A DNA stretch of 64,000 bases from Callorhinchus milii (Eukaryota). Made by a program: the position numbers and the translations under genes. The stretch is taken from contig NW_024704742.1 of assembly GCF_018977255.1 (NCBI RefSeq), forward strand, positions 138,758,001-138,822,000, written 5' to 3'. A model generated the notes under the pieces. That model had not been told where the DNA came from. It was given only the letters and a program-made list of their open reading frames with translations, and made no database searches. How positions within the stretch are numbered: the stretch's first letter is position 1; each line of letters opens with the position of its first letter. This document shows positions 13,587-27,052 of this stretch, one piece after another.

Positions 13587-14298
13587 CAACAACAACAACA
13601 ACAACAAGATTCCATTTATAAAGCGCCTTTCACGTCAGGAGGACGTCCCAAGGCGCTGCACAGTTGGGTGATGACCCGAGCAGGGGGCAAATGGTCAGGG
13701 TGAGGGGAGGGGAGGGAGGGAGCGAGGAGGGGGGAAATGGTCAGGGTGAGGGGAGGGGAGGGAGGGAGCGAGGAGGGGGGAAATGGTCAGGGTGAGGGGA
13801 GGGGAGGGAGGGAGCGAGGAGGGGGGAAATGGTCAGGGTGAGGGGAGGGGAGGGAGCGAGGAGGGGGGAAATGGTCAGGGTGAGGGGAGGGGAGGGAGCG
13901 AGGAGGGGGGAAATGGTCAGGGTGAGGGGAGGGAAGGGAGGGAGCGAGGAGGGGGGAAATGGTCAGGGTGAGGGGAGGGAAGGGAGGGAGCGAGGAGGGG
14001 GTAGAGAGTCGAGAGGGAGCTGAAGGCTCGGTCAAAGAGAAAGGTTTTGAGACCGGCCTTGAAGGAGGAGAGAGAGGAGGCGGCGAAGGCACTGGGGATT
14101 AGAGTTCCAGAGCCTTGGGGCTGAGAGGCTGAAGGCCCGACCAACAATGGTAGTGCGGTTGGGGCGGGGGACGTGGAGCAGACCGGAGCCAGAGGAACGG
14201 AGGGTACGGGCAGGTAGGTAGGGGGATAGTAGGTTGGAGAGGTAGGAGGGAGCGAGGCCGTGAATGGCCTTGTAGGTGAGGATGAGGATCTTGAAATC
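13587..14298 (-). mobile_element. 5'-truncated young L2 inserted in CR1, with an expanded 3' UTR tandem repeat
   Basis: FKAGLKTFLFDRAFS, (ttg)n tail; aagtc(a) duplicated at both junctions. Confidence 0.9.
13683..14000 (-). repeat. G-rich minisatellite (~41-46 bp unit, ~7 copies) in L2 3' UTR
   Basis: Unit gaggaggggggaaatggtcagggtgaggggagggaagggagggagc repeated in tandem. Confidence 0.95.
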
Positions 14299-15254
14299 AA
14301 GTCAAGTCACCCGGTCCAGACAGGATGTACCCGAGGTTGCTGAGGGAAGTCAGGGTGGAAATAACAGAGGCTCTGGTCACAATCTTTCAATCCTCATTGG
14401 ACACCGGGGTGGTGCCAGAGCACTTACTCCCCTATACAAAAAGGGGCAGAAAAAGGGGAACTACCGGCCAGTGCCTAACATCAGTAGTGGGTAAACTTCC
14501 AGAGACTACAATCCGGGACAAAATAAATTTTCACTTAGAAAAATATGTGTTAATAAAGGACAGGCAACACGGGTTTGTTAAAGGCAAATCATGTCTAACA
14601 AACCTGATAGTTTTTNGATGCAGTAACGGAGAGGGCGGATGAAGGGAGAGCAGCTGATGTCGTTTATATGGATTTTCAAAAGGTTTTTGATAAAGTGCCA
14701 CATAAGAGACTTGTAAACAGAATCGAAGCCCCGGTATTAAAGGGACAGTGGCAGCGGATACAGAACTGGGAGACAGAGAGCAGAGAGTGTGGGGAACGGT
14801 TGTTTCTCTGACTGGAGGGAAGTGTGCAGTGGTGTCCCCCGGGGGCCAGTATTGGGGCCACTGCTGTTTGTGATCTATATAAATGACCTGGGCTTGGGGA
14901 GAGGGAGGACAATTCCCACGTTTGCAGATGATACTGAGCTGGGAAAGTAGTAACCAGTGAGGAGGACAGTCGCAGCCTGTAAATGGCCATAGACAGACTG
15001 GTAACGTGGGCCGACACGGGGCAGATGGCGTTTAATGGGGAGAAATGCAAAGTGATGGAGTTTGTGAGGAAGAATGAGGAGAGGCCATATAAGCTGATGG
15101 TACAATCTTAAAGGGGATGAAGGGACAGAGAGACCTGGGGGTCATATAAGTAAATCTTCGAAGGGGCCGGACAGGTAGATACAGCTGTTAAAAAAGCATC
15201 CGGGATACTACAACAGCGCAAAGGGCAAGGAGGCAGAAATATTCCTAAAATGCA

Positions 15255-17472
15255 TACAGGACAACTTTGTTGATCATTACGTTTCCAGCCCAAAAGGGAA
15301 GGAAGCAGTGCTGGATTTAGTTCTGGGGAATGAAGTAGGGCAAGTGGAGCAGGTTTCAGTGGGAGAGCATCTCGGCAATAGTGATCATAACATCATTAGA
15401 TTCAAAGTGCATATGGAAAGAGACAACGAACCATCTAAGGTGAAGATATTCAACTGGAAGAGGGCAGATTTCAGTGAGTTAAAAAGGGACCTATCCAAGG
15501 TGGACTGGAAAGAAAGATTGGCAGGTAAACCAACTAAAGAGCAGTGGGAAGTCTTCAAGGATGAGATAGCACAGGGACAGAATAAATACATTCCCACAAC
15601 AGGGAAAAGTAGGGCTTCCGAACCTCCCTGGATGATGAATTGTATCTAGAATGAAGCAGAAAAAGGAGGCGTATGACAAATGTCAAACCCAAGATACAGA
15701 AGACAACCAAATAGAATATAGGAAGTGCAGAAGAGGTTTGAAAAAGGAAATAAGAGCGGCAAAAAGATTATACGAGAAAAGGTTAGCGGGTAACATTAAA
15801 GGGGATTCTAAAATATTTTACAAACATATCAAGAAAAAAAGACTAGTCAAAGGTAGGGTGGAGCCAATTAAGGACCAAGGGGGAGATCTTATTGTGGAGG
15901 CAGAGGGCACAGCTGATGTACTGAATGAGTATTTTGCATCGGTCTTCACAAAAGAAGTGGATGCACCAAATTCCACAGTATCGGAGGAGAGAGTAGAGGA
16001 AATGGATAGGATAAGTATAAACAGAGAGGAAGTACTGAAAAGGTTGACTGGGCTGAAGGTGATAAGTCTCCCGGTTTTGGCTACAATTTTTCAATCTTCG
16101 TTGGAACTCCAGACCAGTGCCTAACATCAGTAGTGGGGAAACTCCTGGAGACTATAATCCGGGACAGAATAAATCTTCACTTAGAAGAATATGGGTTAAT
16201 TAGGGACAGCCAACATGGATTTGTTAAAGGCAAATCTTGTCTAACAAATCTAATAGAATTTTTCGATGAGGTAACGGAGAGGGGATAAAGGTAGTGCAGT
16301 TGATGTAGTTTATATGGACTTTCAAAAGGCATTTGACAAAGTGCCACATGAAAGACTTGTAAGAAAGATAGAAGTCCATGGTATAAAAGGGACAGTGGCA
16401 GCGGATCCAGAACTCACTGGGAGACAGAAAGCAGAGAGTTGTGGTGAACGGCTGCTTTTCTGACTGGAGGGAAGTGTACAGAGGGGGTCCCCCAGGGATC
16501 GGTATTAGGACCACTGCTCTTCTTAATATACATAAATGACCTGGACTTGGGTATAGCAAGTACCATTTCCAAGTTTGCGGACGACACAAAGTTAGGGAGG
16601 GGGTAAACAGTGAGAAGGATAGGAGCCGACTGCAGGAAGACATAGACAGATGGTAAAATGGGCGACACATGGCAGATGAGTTTCAATGTGGAGAAATGTG
16701 AGGTAATGCATTTTGGTAGAAAGAATGAGGGGCAATATAGGCGGTAATACAATCTTAAAGGGGGGTGAAGGAACAGAGAGACCTGGGGGGGCAGGTAACT
16801 GAATCCTTGAAGGTGGCAGGACAGGGAGATAAGGCTGTAAAAAGGGCATATGGGATACTGGGCTTTATAAATAGGGGCATAGAGTACAAGAGTCAGGAGG
16901 TTATGATTAATCCATATAAACACTGGTTAGGCCTCAGTTAGAATACGGCCCCAGTTCTGGGCCCCACACTATAGGAAGGATGTTAAGGCATTGGAAAGGG
17001 TACAGAGGAGATTTACGAGGATGGGACCAGGAATGAGGGACCGTGATGATGAGGAAAGGCTGGAGAGGCCGGGATTATTCTCATTGGAGCAGAGAAGGTT
17101 ACGAGGACCTAATAGAGGTCTTCAAAATCATGAGGGGATTTGATGGGTTAGAAAGGGAAAAACTGTTCCCACTGGTGGGAGTGTCAGTGACTCGAGGTCA
17201 CAGATTCAAAATAGTCTCTAAAAGAAGCCGAGGGGAGGGGAGAAGAAATTTTTTCACGCAGCGAGTTGTTGGAGACTGGAACATTGCCTGAAAGGGCGAT
17301 CGAGGCCGATTCGATAACTACTTTTAAAAACGCGGTGGACGGGTATTTGAGGAGGACGGGTTTGCAGGTTATGGGGAAAGGTCTGGGGAGTGGGATTGAC
17401 ATTACATTGCTCTGTTCAAACAGCCGCATAGACTCGATGAGCCGAATGTCCTCTTTTTTTNGCTGTATGATT
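15255..17472 (+). mobile_element. CR1 LINE ORF2 (endonuclease C-terminus to 3' UTR), decayed with internal deletions
   Basis: LDLVLGNEVGQVEQVSVGEHLGNSDHN, DFQKAFDKVPH, FADDTK, TRGHRFKI. Confidence 0.93.
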
Positions 17473-17950
17473 CTACTCGGGTTTATAAACAGGGGCATAG
17501 AATACACAAGTCAGGAAGTTATGATGAACCTTTCTAAACACTGGTTAGGCCTCAGCGAGAGACTGGGTTCAGTTCTGGGCCCCACACTTTAGGATGTCAA
17601 GGCGTTGGACCAGGATGGTGCCAGGAATGAGGGACTTCACTAATCAGGAGAGGTAGAGAAGTGAGGATTATTCTCCTGGGAGCAGAGAAGGTTAAGAGGA
17701 AACTTAATAGAAGTTTTCAAAATGATGAGGGGAATCGAAAGAGTGAACAGGAGAAACTATTCCCACTGGCGGTGGGTCGGTAACCCGAGGCACCGATTAA
17801 AAATAGAGAGCGGGGGAGTGGGGTTGATCAGGGCTATGGGGAGAGCACGGGGGAGTGGGGTTGATTTGGAAGCTCTTTTCAAAGAGCTGGCATAGACATG
17901 ATGGGCCAAATGACCTCCTTCTGTGCTGTATAATTCTATGATTCTATGAT
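17473..17950 (+). mobile_element. CR1 3' end fragment
   Basis: LGFINRGIEY and tail ttctatgattctatga; two copies of the 36 bp 3' UTR motif. Confidence 0.85.
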
Positions 17951-18787
17951 CCTAAGTAGGAACCTGTTTGTTAGCTGTGGATTGCTTTTCTGGGGGTAAT
18001 AATAATGCCTCCAAAGAAAATTAATGATAATTTGATTATTATTCAATCCACGACTGTTTGTGGGACACTGCTGTGGACAAATGGCCTGTTGCGTTTCATC
18101 TACAAAATGTACTGTCACTACACTTCACAGTATATTCCGGAAGCACTTTAAGGTGTCTCGAATACATGAAAATATTATTTGGCTGCCGACCAGCGAGTGG
18201 AAGAGAGTAAGTGAATAGCGTTTGGTGAACCGACAGAACATATAGAAAGAGTTAATCAGAAGTCCTCGTTAGTATCTGTCATTTTTGTTAAATATTTTCT
18301 CATTTGAGGAACACTTTGTACAGATTTTACCCATTTCTTCAACTGTTTGATTGTCCTTTTGTTCTGGTGCAACAGTGACAACCGCTTAAGGGTATAATAC
18401 CTGCCATTATAATTTGACTTAAGTACAAAGTAAAGCTCCCTTCACACAATTCCATCCTCAAGTAGGCTTCAGCCCAGTTTAGATGCAGAATAAACCAGTA
18501 ATACTTGCATTTGTTATTGTTCATGTCAGGAGAATGTCTTATCTCACTCAAGGTGAAGTGTATTGTATCTGTGGCAGATTTGTGAATATGGCAGTCAATT
18601 TGCACACAGCAATGTCCCCCAAGTAGCCGTAAAGGGAATGACCAATATTATCTGGGAGATTGTTAGCCATGACACGGGCACGTGAAAGCTCCATACAAAT
18701 TTCATTTTTTGTTGTTCAAGTAGACAATAAAGATCCCATGGCACCATTCGAGAAGACTTTCCTCTTGAACTATGCCTATGCTTACCT

Positions 18788-19420
18788 CATAGAATCATAG
18801 GATAATACAGCACAGAAGGAGGCCATTCAGCCCATCGTGCCTGTGTGGCTCTTTGAAAGAGCTACCACCTCATCCTACTCCCTTGCTCATTACCCCATAG
18901 CCCCGCAAATCTTTCCTTTTCAAGTACTTATCCAATTTCCTTTTGAAAACTGCTATCAAATTTCTTCCACCACCCTGTCAGGCAATCCATTCCAGACCAT
19001 AACAACTCTCTGGGTAAAATATTTCCTCCCCGTTTCCTCTCTGGTTCTTTTGCCAATTATCTTAAATCTATGTCCTCTGGTTACTGACCCACATTCCAGA
19101 GTAAACAGTTTCTCTCTGTTTACTCTATCAAATCCTTCATAATTTTGAACACCCCCAGTAAATCCCCTAAACTTTCTCTGCTCTAAGGAGAACAATCCCA
19201 GCTTCTCTAGTCTTTCCCCATAATTCAAGTCCCTCATCTCTGGTACAATTCTAGTAAATCTCCTCTGCAGTCTCTTCAAGGCCCTTGACATCCTTCCTGT
19301 GGTGCTTAGAATTGGACACAATATTCCAGCTGAGGCCTAACCAGTGATTTATAAAGGTTTAGCATAACTTCCTTGCTTTTGTACTTTATGCCTCTACTTA
19401 TAAAGCCAAGGATCCCATGT
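18788..19420 (-). mobile_element. CR1 3' end fragment
   Basis: LEKLGLFSLEQRK, TRGHRFKI on the minus strand; tail complement catagaatcatag. Confidence 0.88.
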
Positions 19421-19599
19421 GCTTTAATCTCCTAACCAACTCTTCCTTCTCCCCAGCTCATTGTCAAGCTATGCCATTGTTAAGTGCTTTGGGATGCTAC
19501 CCCACATGAAGGGCCCTGTATAAATGCAAAGGTGTTGCTGTTTATAATAATTTGCTGTGCCATAATCGCCTACAAATTGTTGAGGGTTGATCTATTTAA

Positions 19600-21320
19600 C
19601 GAAATTACGGATTAATGAAAACCTTCTTCAATATAACATCGACAAAACAGAGGCCATACTCCTTGGCTCCCTCACTTCTGACCTCCCTCTCTCTCAAACT
19701 CTCCAAATCGGTTCTTTGTCCAGCCTTCCCTTTTCCCTCACATCCGGTCCCTCATCAAGACCACTGTCATTCACCTCTGCTACATCATCTGCTCCCACCT
19801 CTAGTTCACATCCAAACGGCTAAAACACTTATTCATGCCTTCATCAAAACTCCCTTAGACTTTTCAACACACTCCTTGCTGGTGTCCCGAGCTCCACAAT
19901 TTACAAACTACAACTCACAAGCAAACCTTATGCCTGCATCCTTATCTGCACCAAACTCTGTATACCCATCACCCCAATTCTCACCAGTCTCCACGGTCTC
20001 TGTCTCCCAGCAGATTGATTTCAAGGTCCTCACCGTCGCCCATAAGTGCATCCACTTCCTGGCACCTCCTTACCTCTCCAATCTTCTCCTCCCCTCCTCC
20101 TCTGCTTGCCCCCTCCACTCAGCTAACTTGTGTTAATTCAAGAATTCAAGATCCTCGCTCCCTCCTACCTCTCTGACCTACTCTCCCCCTACTTACCTGC
20201 CCGTGCCCTCCGTCGGGAGGACATCCCAAGGCACTGTACAGTTGGGTTAGGACCGGAGCAGGGGGGAAATGGTCAGGGTGAGAGGAGAGAAGGGAGGGAG
20301 CGAGGAGGAGGGGAGAGAGTTGAGAGGGGAGCTGAAGACACAGTCAAAGAGAAAGAGAGAGGAAGCGGCGAAGGCACTGGCGGATAGAGTTCCAGAGCCT
20401 CAGGGCTGAGAGGCTGAAGGTCCGGCCACCAATGGTAGGGCGGTTGGGGCGGGGGATGTGGAGCAGACCGGAGCCAGAGGAACGGAGGGTACGGGAAGGT
20501 AAGTAGGGGGATAGTAGGTCAGGGAGGTAGGAGGGAGCGAGGCTGTGAATGGCCTTGTAGGTGAGGATGAGGATCTTGAATTCAATCCTCTGGGGGATGG
20601 GGAGCAGTGGAGGCGAGCGAGGGTGAGGGCGAGAGTGAGGGTGAGGGCGAGCGAGGGCGAGGGTGGGAGTGATGTGGTCACGAAGCCTGGTGCGGGACAG
20701 TACACGAGCTGCAGAGTTCTGAATGACCTGCAGCTTGTGGAGGGAGGTGCCGGGAAGGCCGACGAGGAGAGAGTTCCCATAGTCCAGACCTTAGTGTCTT
20801 GTTGGACCGCCAACTGTCTACATCTGGGCTTTTTCCTCACTCAATTTTCTTGCACCTCTGCAACATTGTTCAAGATCCTTGTCCTCACCTTTAAAGCCAC
20901 CCATGGCCTTGCCCTCTCCTACCTCTCTGACCTGCTGACTCTCTACCAATCTGCCCACTCCCTTCGTTCAGTGGGCTCCGGCTGTTCCATGTCTCCCGAC
21001 CGACCCGCTCTACCATCGGTGGCCGGGCTTTCAGCCTCTCTGCCCCCACACTCTGGAAGTCCATCCCACGATCCCTTCGCCTCGCTTCCTCCCTTGCCTC
21101 CTTCAAGGCCGGTCTCAAGACCCTTCTCTTTGATCGTGCCTTTAGTCTCCCTCCCACTTCTCTGCCTTCCCTCCCCCCTACCCCACCCCTCCCCCCATCC
21201 CACCCCTCCCCCTACCCCACCCCTCCCCCATGCTCGGGCCCCGAGACCTGACTGTTCAGTGCTTTGGGACGTCTTCTCGACGTGAAAGGCGCTCCTCAAA
21301 TGTAATTTTTTTGTTGTTGT
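19600..21320. mobile_element. Cluster of L2 C-terminal fragments (~19600-20130 +, ~20210-20795 -, ~20865-21320 +)
   Basis: IDFKVL, FKILVLTFKATHGLA, FRTLQLVYCPAPG; L2 tails gggacgtc..gtgaaaggcgc. Confidence 0.85.
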
Positions 21321-22774
21321 TGTTTGTTTCTGTTACTTTCCCTCCTCTGGGTTCCTGAGACCTCACTCACACCTTTATCAATTTTGATAACCCTGGATCC
21401 TCACTAGATAAGCCGTAAACCATCCATAACTCTGCAGACCATGACCTCTCCTGCAGCAGGCTCCACAAACCTATCACCCCAGCCTTGCTCAGCACCATTG
21501 GCTCCATCCTCCAATGGTCCTCAGAATCCTTGTCCTCACCTTCAGATCCCTTCATGGCCCCATCCCACACTATGTTTGTGATCTCCTGCAAATCTATCAT
21601 TCCCTCCGCTCAGTGAATACTGGCCTGCTTCAATGCCCTGCCTCACCATTGGTAGGAGAGCTTTCAGCCATTCTGCTTCTGCTCTCTGACATTATTCAGG
21701 AGTCCCTCCCAACCTTCCTACTCACTTTAAAGCCCAACTTAAAACGCATGTTTTATTTAATCCCTCCTCCATTCCACTCTCCTCGGTTCCTCAACACCCA
21801 CCCATCCCCCCACCCCCCACTCCCCACTCCCCACCCCATCTCTGATGCCCGTTAGGTGGGTCAAACACTTTGAGATGTTCTCTCAACATGTAAGGCGCTA
21901 AATGTAAATTTATTGTACAGTATGTTCTTATGTAGACAATGCTCTTCTTATAACTATCCTATAACTCTATCCTCTCGTCACTGGTAGGGGAGTCAGTTTA
22001 AGATTTCCACATACGTATGCCACACACCCCATAGAAATTTCCCTGTGCTTGGAATTGAATCTGCATTGCCCCCAGAGAACACACCCCTCTTACCTAATTC
22101 AGGAGATTATTAGGCATAGGTTGGTGAGAACCAAGGCTTGGGGTCCCTAGAGTGAGCTTTAGGGTAACTGGACTCCAACCAGCTAATCTGTATACCTAGC
22201 CACTGTTTGGCAAGCTTCCCGCTGCTTGATGGCTAACCTTTCATTAAAAGGACACGTAGATCAGTTACAAAATTAAATGCAGGATATAAAGTCTCAAATT
22301 AACAGAGCAGTTCCGGGTGGTCTAAACCATGCAGCAGCAAGCCAGCCAGATGCTGGTTTTAATCAAGAAGCTAAATAGTAGACAACTCATCCCTCTGGTA
22401 GAGGGATTCTTAAACAATCTTGATTTTAGAGATATTCGAGACATTGAGAATGTGCATAATAATAATATAATAACCCTTCCATTTGATATAGCGTCTTATC
22501 ACGTATCCTAGATGTCTCAAAGTGCTTCAAATAATCTATTGTAAAGTGTAGTGACTGTGTATTTTGTGGGGGAAAAATATCTAGAATTCCAGTTCATTAA
22601 ACACATCATCAAGGTCCCTGTACTCTTATTCCCTTATGACAGAGAGGAGAGCTGCACTTGGACTCCTTTCTCACTTAATACACAGTTCAATGCCGCAATG
22701 GAAAGATGCAGAATGGGTATTCTAGAAGGATAAGGTCAATCAAATGAGCTGAAGGATCTTCTTCAACCAAATGT

Positions 22775-23845
22775 AAGCGAGAGGACCTGGGTTTGAATCC
22801 AGGGCAGGGCGAAAGTTTAGGCAACAACAACAAAATTCCATGTGTAAAGTGCCTTTCATGTTGGGAGGATGCCCCAAGGTGCTGGACAGGCAGAGTTACA
22901 CACCCGAGCTGGGGGTTGGGGTGGGGGAGTGGGGGTGGGCAGGGGGAAAGCAGGGAAATCGAAATCCCGGTCGAAGAAGAGGGTCGTGAGATGGGTCTTG
23001 AAGATGGCGAGAGAGGGGGTGAGGGAGGGACGCGAGGTGGAGGGACTGCAGGATGGAGTTCCAGAGGGTAGGGGCAGAGTGGCAGAATGCCCGCCTATCA
23101 ATAGTTGGGCGAGCGAGGCGGAGGGAGTGAGCAGGATGGTAAGGGGTTAGGAGGTGGCAGAGGTCGGGGGGAGCAAGGCCATGGGAGGCTTTGAAGATGA
23201 GGACCAGAATCTTGAACTGTATCCTCTGTGTGATGGGAAGCCAGTGGGGTCGGGTGAGGATGGAGGTGATAGGGTCACGGAGCCTGGTGGGGGAGAGGAC
23301 ACGGGCTGCAGAGTTAGTTCGGGATGATCTGCAGTCTGTGGAGGGAGGAGTTGGGGGCCGACAAGCAGGGAGTTTGCATAGTGGAGCCTCCATGTAATGA
23401 AGGTGTGTGAGGGTCTCAGGGGCTGCGGTGTGAGACAGTGGGGGAGCCGGGCGATGTTGCGGGGGTGGGGAAGGCAGAGTGGGTCATGGGGCAGATGTGA
23501 GGTAGAAAGGATAGTTGAAGGTCAAACAAGACCCCAAGACAAGTTTCTTTACTCCACACGCCTCTGTTTCCCTAGCAGGAGGTAGGAACCTGGATATTAG
23601 TCGATTGGCAGATCTCTTTTCTCGGGGTAATAATCCCTTCAACAAAATAATAATAATAATTTGGTCAATCAATCCATGACTGTTTGTGGGACATTGCTGT
23701 GTCTGTCACATTTCGCCCACAAAATATGTAGTCAATTCGCTTTGCAGTACATTTCTGTGAATCGCTTTGAGACGTCTCAAAGATGTGATAAGGAACTATA
23801 CCAAATGCAAGGATTGTTGTTTTTATTATTATTATTATTATTAAA
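22775..23845. mobile_element. Long-form SINE (+) split by an inverted L2 fragment (~22823-23535)
   Basis: SINE head ends at ggcaa and body resumes caagtttctttactccacacgcc; insert reads NSAARVLSPTRLRDPITSILTRPHWLP on minus. Confidence 0.85.
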
Positions 23846-24247
23846 CCTCTCAGGTGATTTGCTGTATTTTGGCCAGGTTTGAAGCATACTAGATGAAATG
23901 GCAGTTAACAGTGCATGAAGAAACAAAACATTTTTACATTAAATTTTTCAAAGATTTTCTTTCATTAGGGGTGAGCCTGGCTCACATCTGGGTCGGAAGG
24001 TTGTAGTCTCTCACTCTGTATTGGGACTTGGTCTCAGTCTAGACTGACATTTCAGAGAGCAGCATTTTCAGAGGTCTTTTTCAGATGAGATGTTAAACCA
24101 GGGTCCCATCTGCCTTTTCAGGTGATGAAGTAATTGTTTGAAACTATTGGAAACATTTTTCCTCTAGCCAAGAAACCTCTTGATTAATTGATGATTCACT
24201 GTATGTGTTTGTCTATAAAAACAGTCACTACATTTGACAGTCATTAC

Positions 24248-24965
24248 ATCTGCCTCCACCCTCAACTCCACGACTACTGGCGTTCTGACCAAACTGCCTA
24301 TCCCAATCAAGTCCTGGACGAGCGACAACTTTCTCCAATGTCAGCAAGACGGAAGCCCTCCAGATTGGCTCGCAGGCGCCTCCGCACCTCGGGCACTGGC
24401 AGCATCAGCCTCGACGGCTGCACACTCAACCTCACTAAGCCGGTCAGGAACCTGAGGGTCTTGTGTGACCCTGAACTGTCCTTTCTGCCCCACATCCGCG
24501 CCATGACTGGCACTGCCTTCCACCACCTCCACAACATTGCCAGACCCTGCCACTGCCTCACCCTTCAGGCCCCCAAACCCTCACCCATGCAATCGTCACA
24601 TCAAGGCTCGATTACAGGAACTCCCTCCTCATCGGCTTTCCAACTCTCCATGTCTCCTGCCCAACCCGCCCTACCATCGGTGGCCGAGCTTTCAGCCTCT
24701 CTGCCCCCACACTCTGGAACTCCATCCCATGATCTCTTTGCCTCTCTTCCTCCCTCGTCTCCTTAAAGGCCGGCCTCAAGATCCTTCTCTTCGACCGTGC
24801 CTTTGGTCTCCCTCCCACCTCTCCGCCTTCCCTCACCTCTACTCCACCCCTCCCCTCTACCCCACCCCTCCCCCATGCTCGGGCCCCGACACTGACTGTT
24901 CAGCACTTTGGGACGTCCTCCCGACATGAAAGGCGCTCTATAAATGTAATTTTGTTGTTGTTGTT
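24248..24965 (+). mobile_element. L2 3' fragment with internal deletion
   Basis: PVRNLRVLCDPELSFLPHIR; tail gggacgtcctcccgacatgaaaggcgctctataaatg(ttg)n. Confidence 0.88.
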
Positions 24966-25149
24966 GATAGCAAATACTGTGAAGAACTTTGAGACATTTC
25001 AACATGCTATAAAAATGCAAGTTCTTCTTATTAATTTCTGTACAGAGTTACTATGGCGAGTTTTATGAGGAACTCTCTGTCTATTCCTGTGGAAGGTTTC
25101 CACTTTAAGGTGTTGTAGAGTATCTTCCCAATGAAATGATTTGCCTCGT

Positions 25150-25329
25150 TACGAGTTGCAAATTGACTCTGAGATGTAAATCACGCCCCATATATTTGCT
25201 GAATCCTTGGTATATAAGGCTCCCGCATACACAAGAATAAAGAGACACAGCAGAGCCTTACACAGCAGAGCTTTACACAACAGAGCCTTACAGTGACGTC
25301 TCTTAATTGGACTGAGACTTTCCTCAGGG
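25150..25329 (+). promoter_or_regulatory. Putative promoter and 5' UTR of the secreted repeat-protein gene
   Basis: TATATAAG at 25211; TGACGTC (CRE-like) at ~25294; three copies of a 15 bp unit acacagcagagcctt; unique sequence directly upstream of a signal-peptide exon. Confidence 0.55.
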
Positions 25330-25390
25330 ATGGAATTTACTTTCTTCCTATTTCTGACACTTATTTTCCAAGTGCAACCTCCTATAGCAG
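25330..25390 (+). CDS. First coding exon encoding a signal peptide (MEFTFFLFLTLIFQVQPPIA-G)
   Basis: gggATGG Kozak-like context, hydrophobic core, small residues near a likely cleavage site, strong donor CAG|gtaagc (phase 1). Confidence 0.7.
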
Positions 25391-26044
25391 GTAAGCAGAT
25401 TATCCATAGATAATGGTGTGGTAACAAAGCAACAGCTTGAAGTTCTGCTCGAGTTGTATTTTAGAGTACTTTGAAAATGATTATCTGAGTAAAAATGTTC
25501 CAATAATTGCATTGGCAGGTTTTATGTGAAATTTCTGTATTGTTCCTTAATCATCCATGACAACAGAAGGAAACAAGAATTTGTCAGGTCAAGGTACATC
25601 CAAAAGAAGACCAAAGTACATCCAGTTCGCCTGCCACCATCCTGGTAGTCGCTTGACATGTCATGTCCCATGCTATATATTATATCCCAAGATTTTATTT
25701 TCTAACAGAAATCTATTTAATTTGTTCTTGAAACAAACAACACTTTCTGCTTCCACCATCTGTCTCCCTAGGGAGCCTGATCCATACATTTACTACTCAC
25801 TCCCTGAAGTCGTGCCTCTGCAGATTTGTTCTGAATTTACCCCCTTCAATTGCAGGCTGTGTCCGGTGGTTCTGCTGTTCAGTACAAGATAAAGCAGCTT
25901 ATCGTGGTCTACATTGTCCAATCTCTTTAAAATCTTTCTAGTCCCTTTAGAAGCTTAGATGTGAAAGGTGCTATACAATGTAATTTGTTGTTGTTGCCAG
26001 AGGACTCCACAATACGCTGCTGGACTCCACGGTAAAGCTATCTC

Positions 26045-26975
26045 AAATCACATCTTCATTTCCCTTAACCCCTCCATTCCCCTTCCGACCACCCAACCCA
26101 CCTCTATCTCTGACTGTACCTGGAGGTGAGAACGTTGTGTGCTGCTGAAAGCAGCTGGCTCAAATCTGTGGCCAGTGCTTCCTCTGTCTTCCCATCCTCC
26201 TTGATCAATGGCACCTTCGACACTGTCGACCATTCTATCCTTCTCCTCCACTTCTCCTCTCAGCTCAATCTTGCCCTTGCCTGGATCAAATCTTACCTTT
26301 CCCACTGTCTCCATTTTGTGTCCAAAACGTCTTCTCCTCCAGCCACCTCACCGTCTCATGCAAGTGCTCTGAGATGCTACCGTGTGTGGAGGGTGCTATA
26401 TAAGTAAAAGTTGTTGTAGTGTTCCTCAGGGCTCTGTCTTTGGTCCTCTTCACTTGAATATCTATATGCTCCCACTTGGTGACAAGCTTCCACATATATG
26501 CAGATGACACCCAACTCTATCTCTCTGCCTCCACCCTCCTCTCCAGGCCCAGTTGAATGTCAACGAAACCGAGGCCTTCCTGCTTGGCTTCCATCAATAA
26601 CTCCACACCTCCATGACCCATTCTTTGGAAGTCCCTGCTTGTTGGCCTCCCCAACTCTTTCCTCCACAAACTGCAATTCATTCAGAACTCTGCAGCCCAT
26701 GTCCTCTCCTGCACCAGGCTCCGTAATCTTATCACCCTTGCCCGACTCCACTGCCTTCCATTCCACCATCAGTGGCCACGCTTTCAGCCATTTCGTCTCA
26801 AAACATGGGAACTCTCCTCCTTTATCCCTCTACCTTGCCCCGTCTTTCCCCATTTTCAGATCGAGCCTGAACTTCTTATGGTCGACTCCCACCGGCTCGG
26901 CGTCAAGCATCACCTCTGTCAAGCTCTCCGGGATGCTACACTGCGTGAGGGGCATTAAATAAATGCAAGTTGCTG
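26045..26975 (+). mobile_element. Highly decayed L2 fragments
   Basis: FDTVDHSILL, YADDTQLY, LQFIQNSAAH motifs. Confidence 0.8.
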
Positions 26976-27000
26976 TATTTTATTTATTATTCTTTTAAAG

Positions 27001-27052
27001 GGCTATGGAAGATTGGCAATCCTCACAGTCATGAAAGAAAAACTGAAATACA
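27001..27052 (+). CDS. Candidate internal exon (GLWKIGNPHSHERKTEIQ)
   Basis: tcttttaaag| acceptor; phase 1 to 2 bridges exon 1 and the 27557 exon; the donor gtaata overlaps a SINE tail, so it is weak. Confidence 0.25.

Larger units (their letters stand above)
13050..15215 (+). mobile_element. CR1 ORF2 (tether and RT) fragment interrupted by an inverted L2 3' end
   Basis: SKPPWM, FASVFTKEE, QHGFVKGKSCLTNL, YINDL, FADDT motifs, frameshifted. Confidence 0.9.

Noticed and set aside
25330..25390. SCPP-family gene
   Set aside because: SCPP coding introns are characteristically phase 0; this signal exon ends in phase 1.
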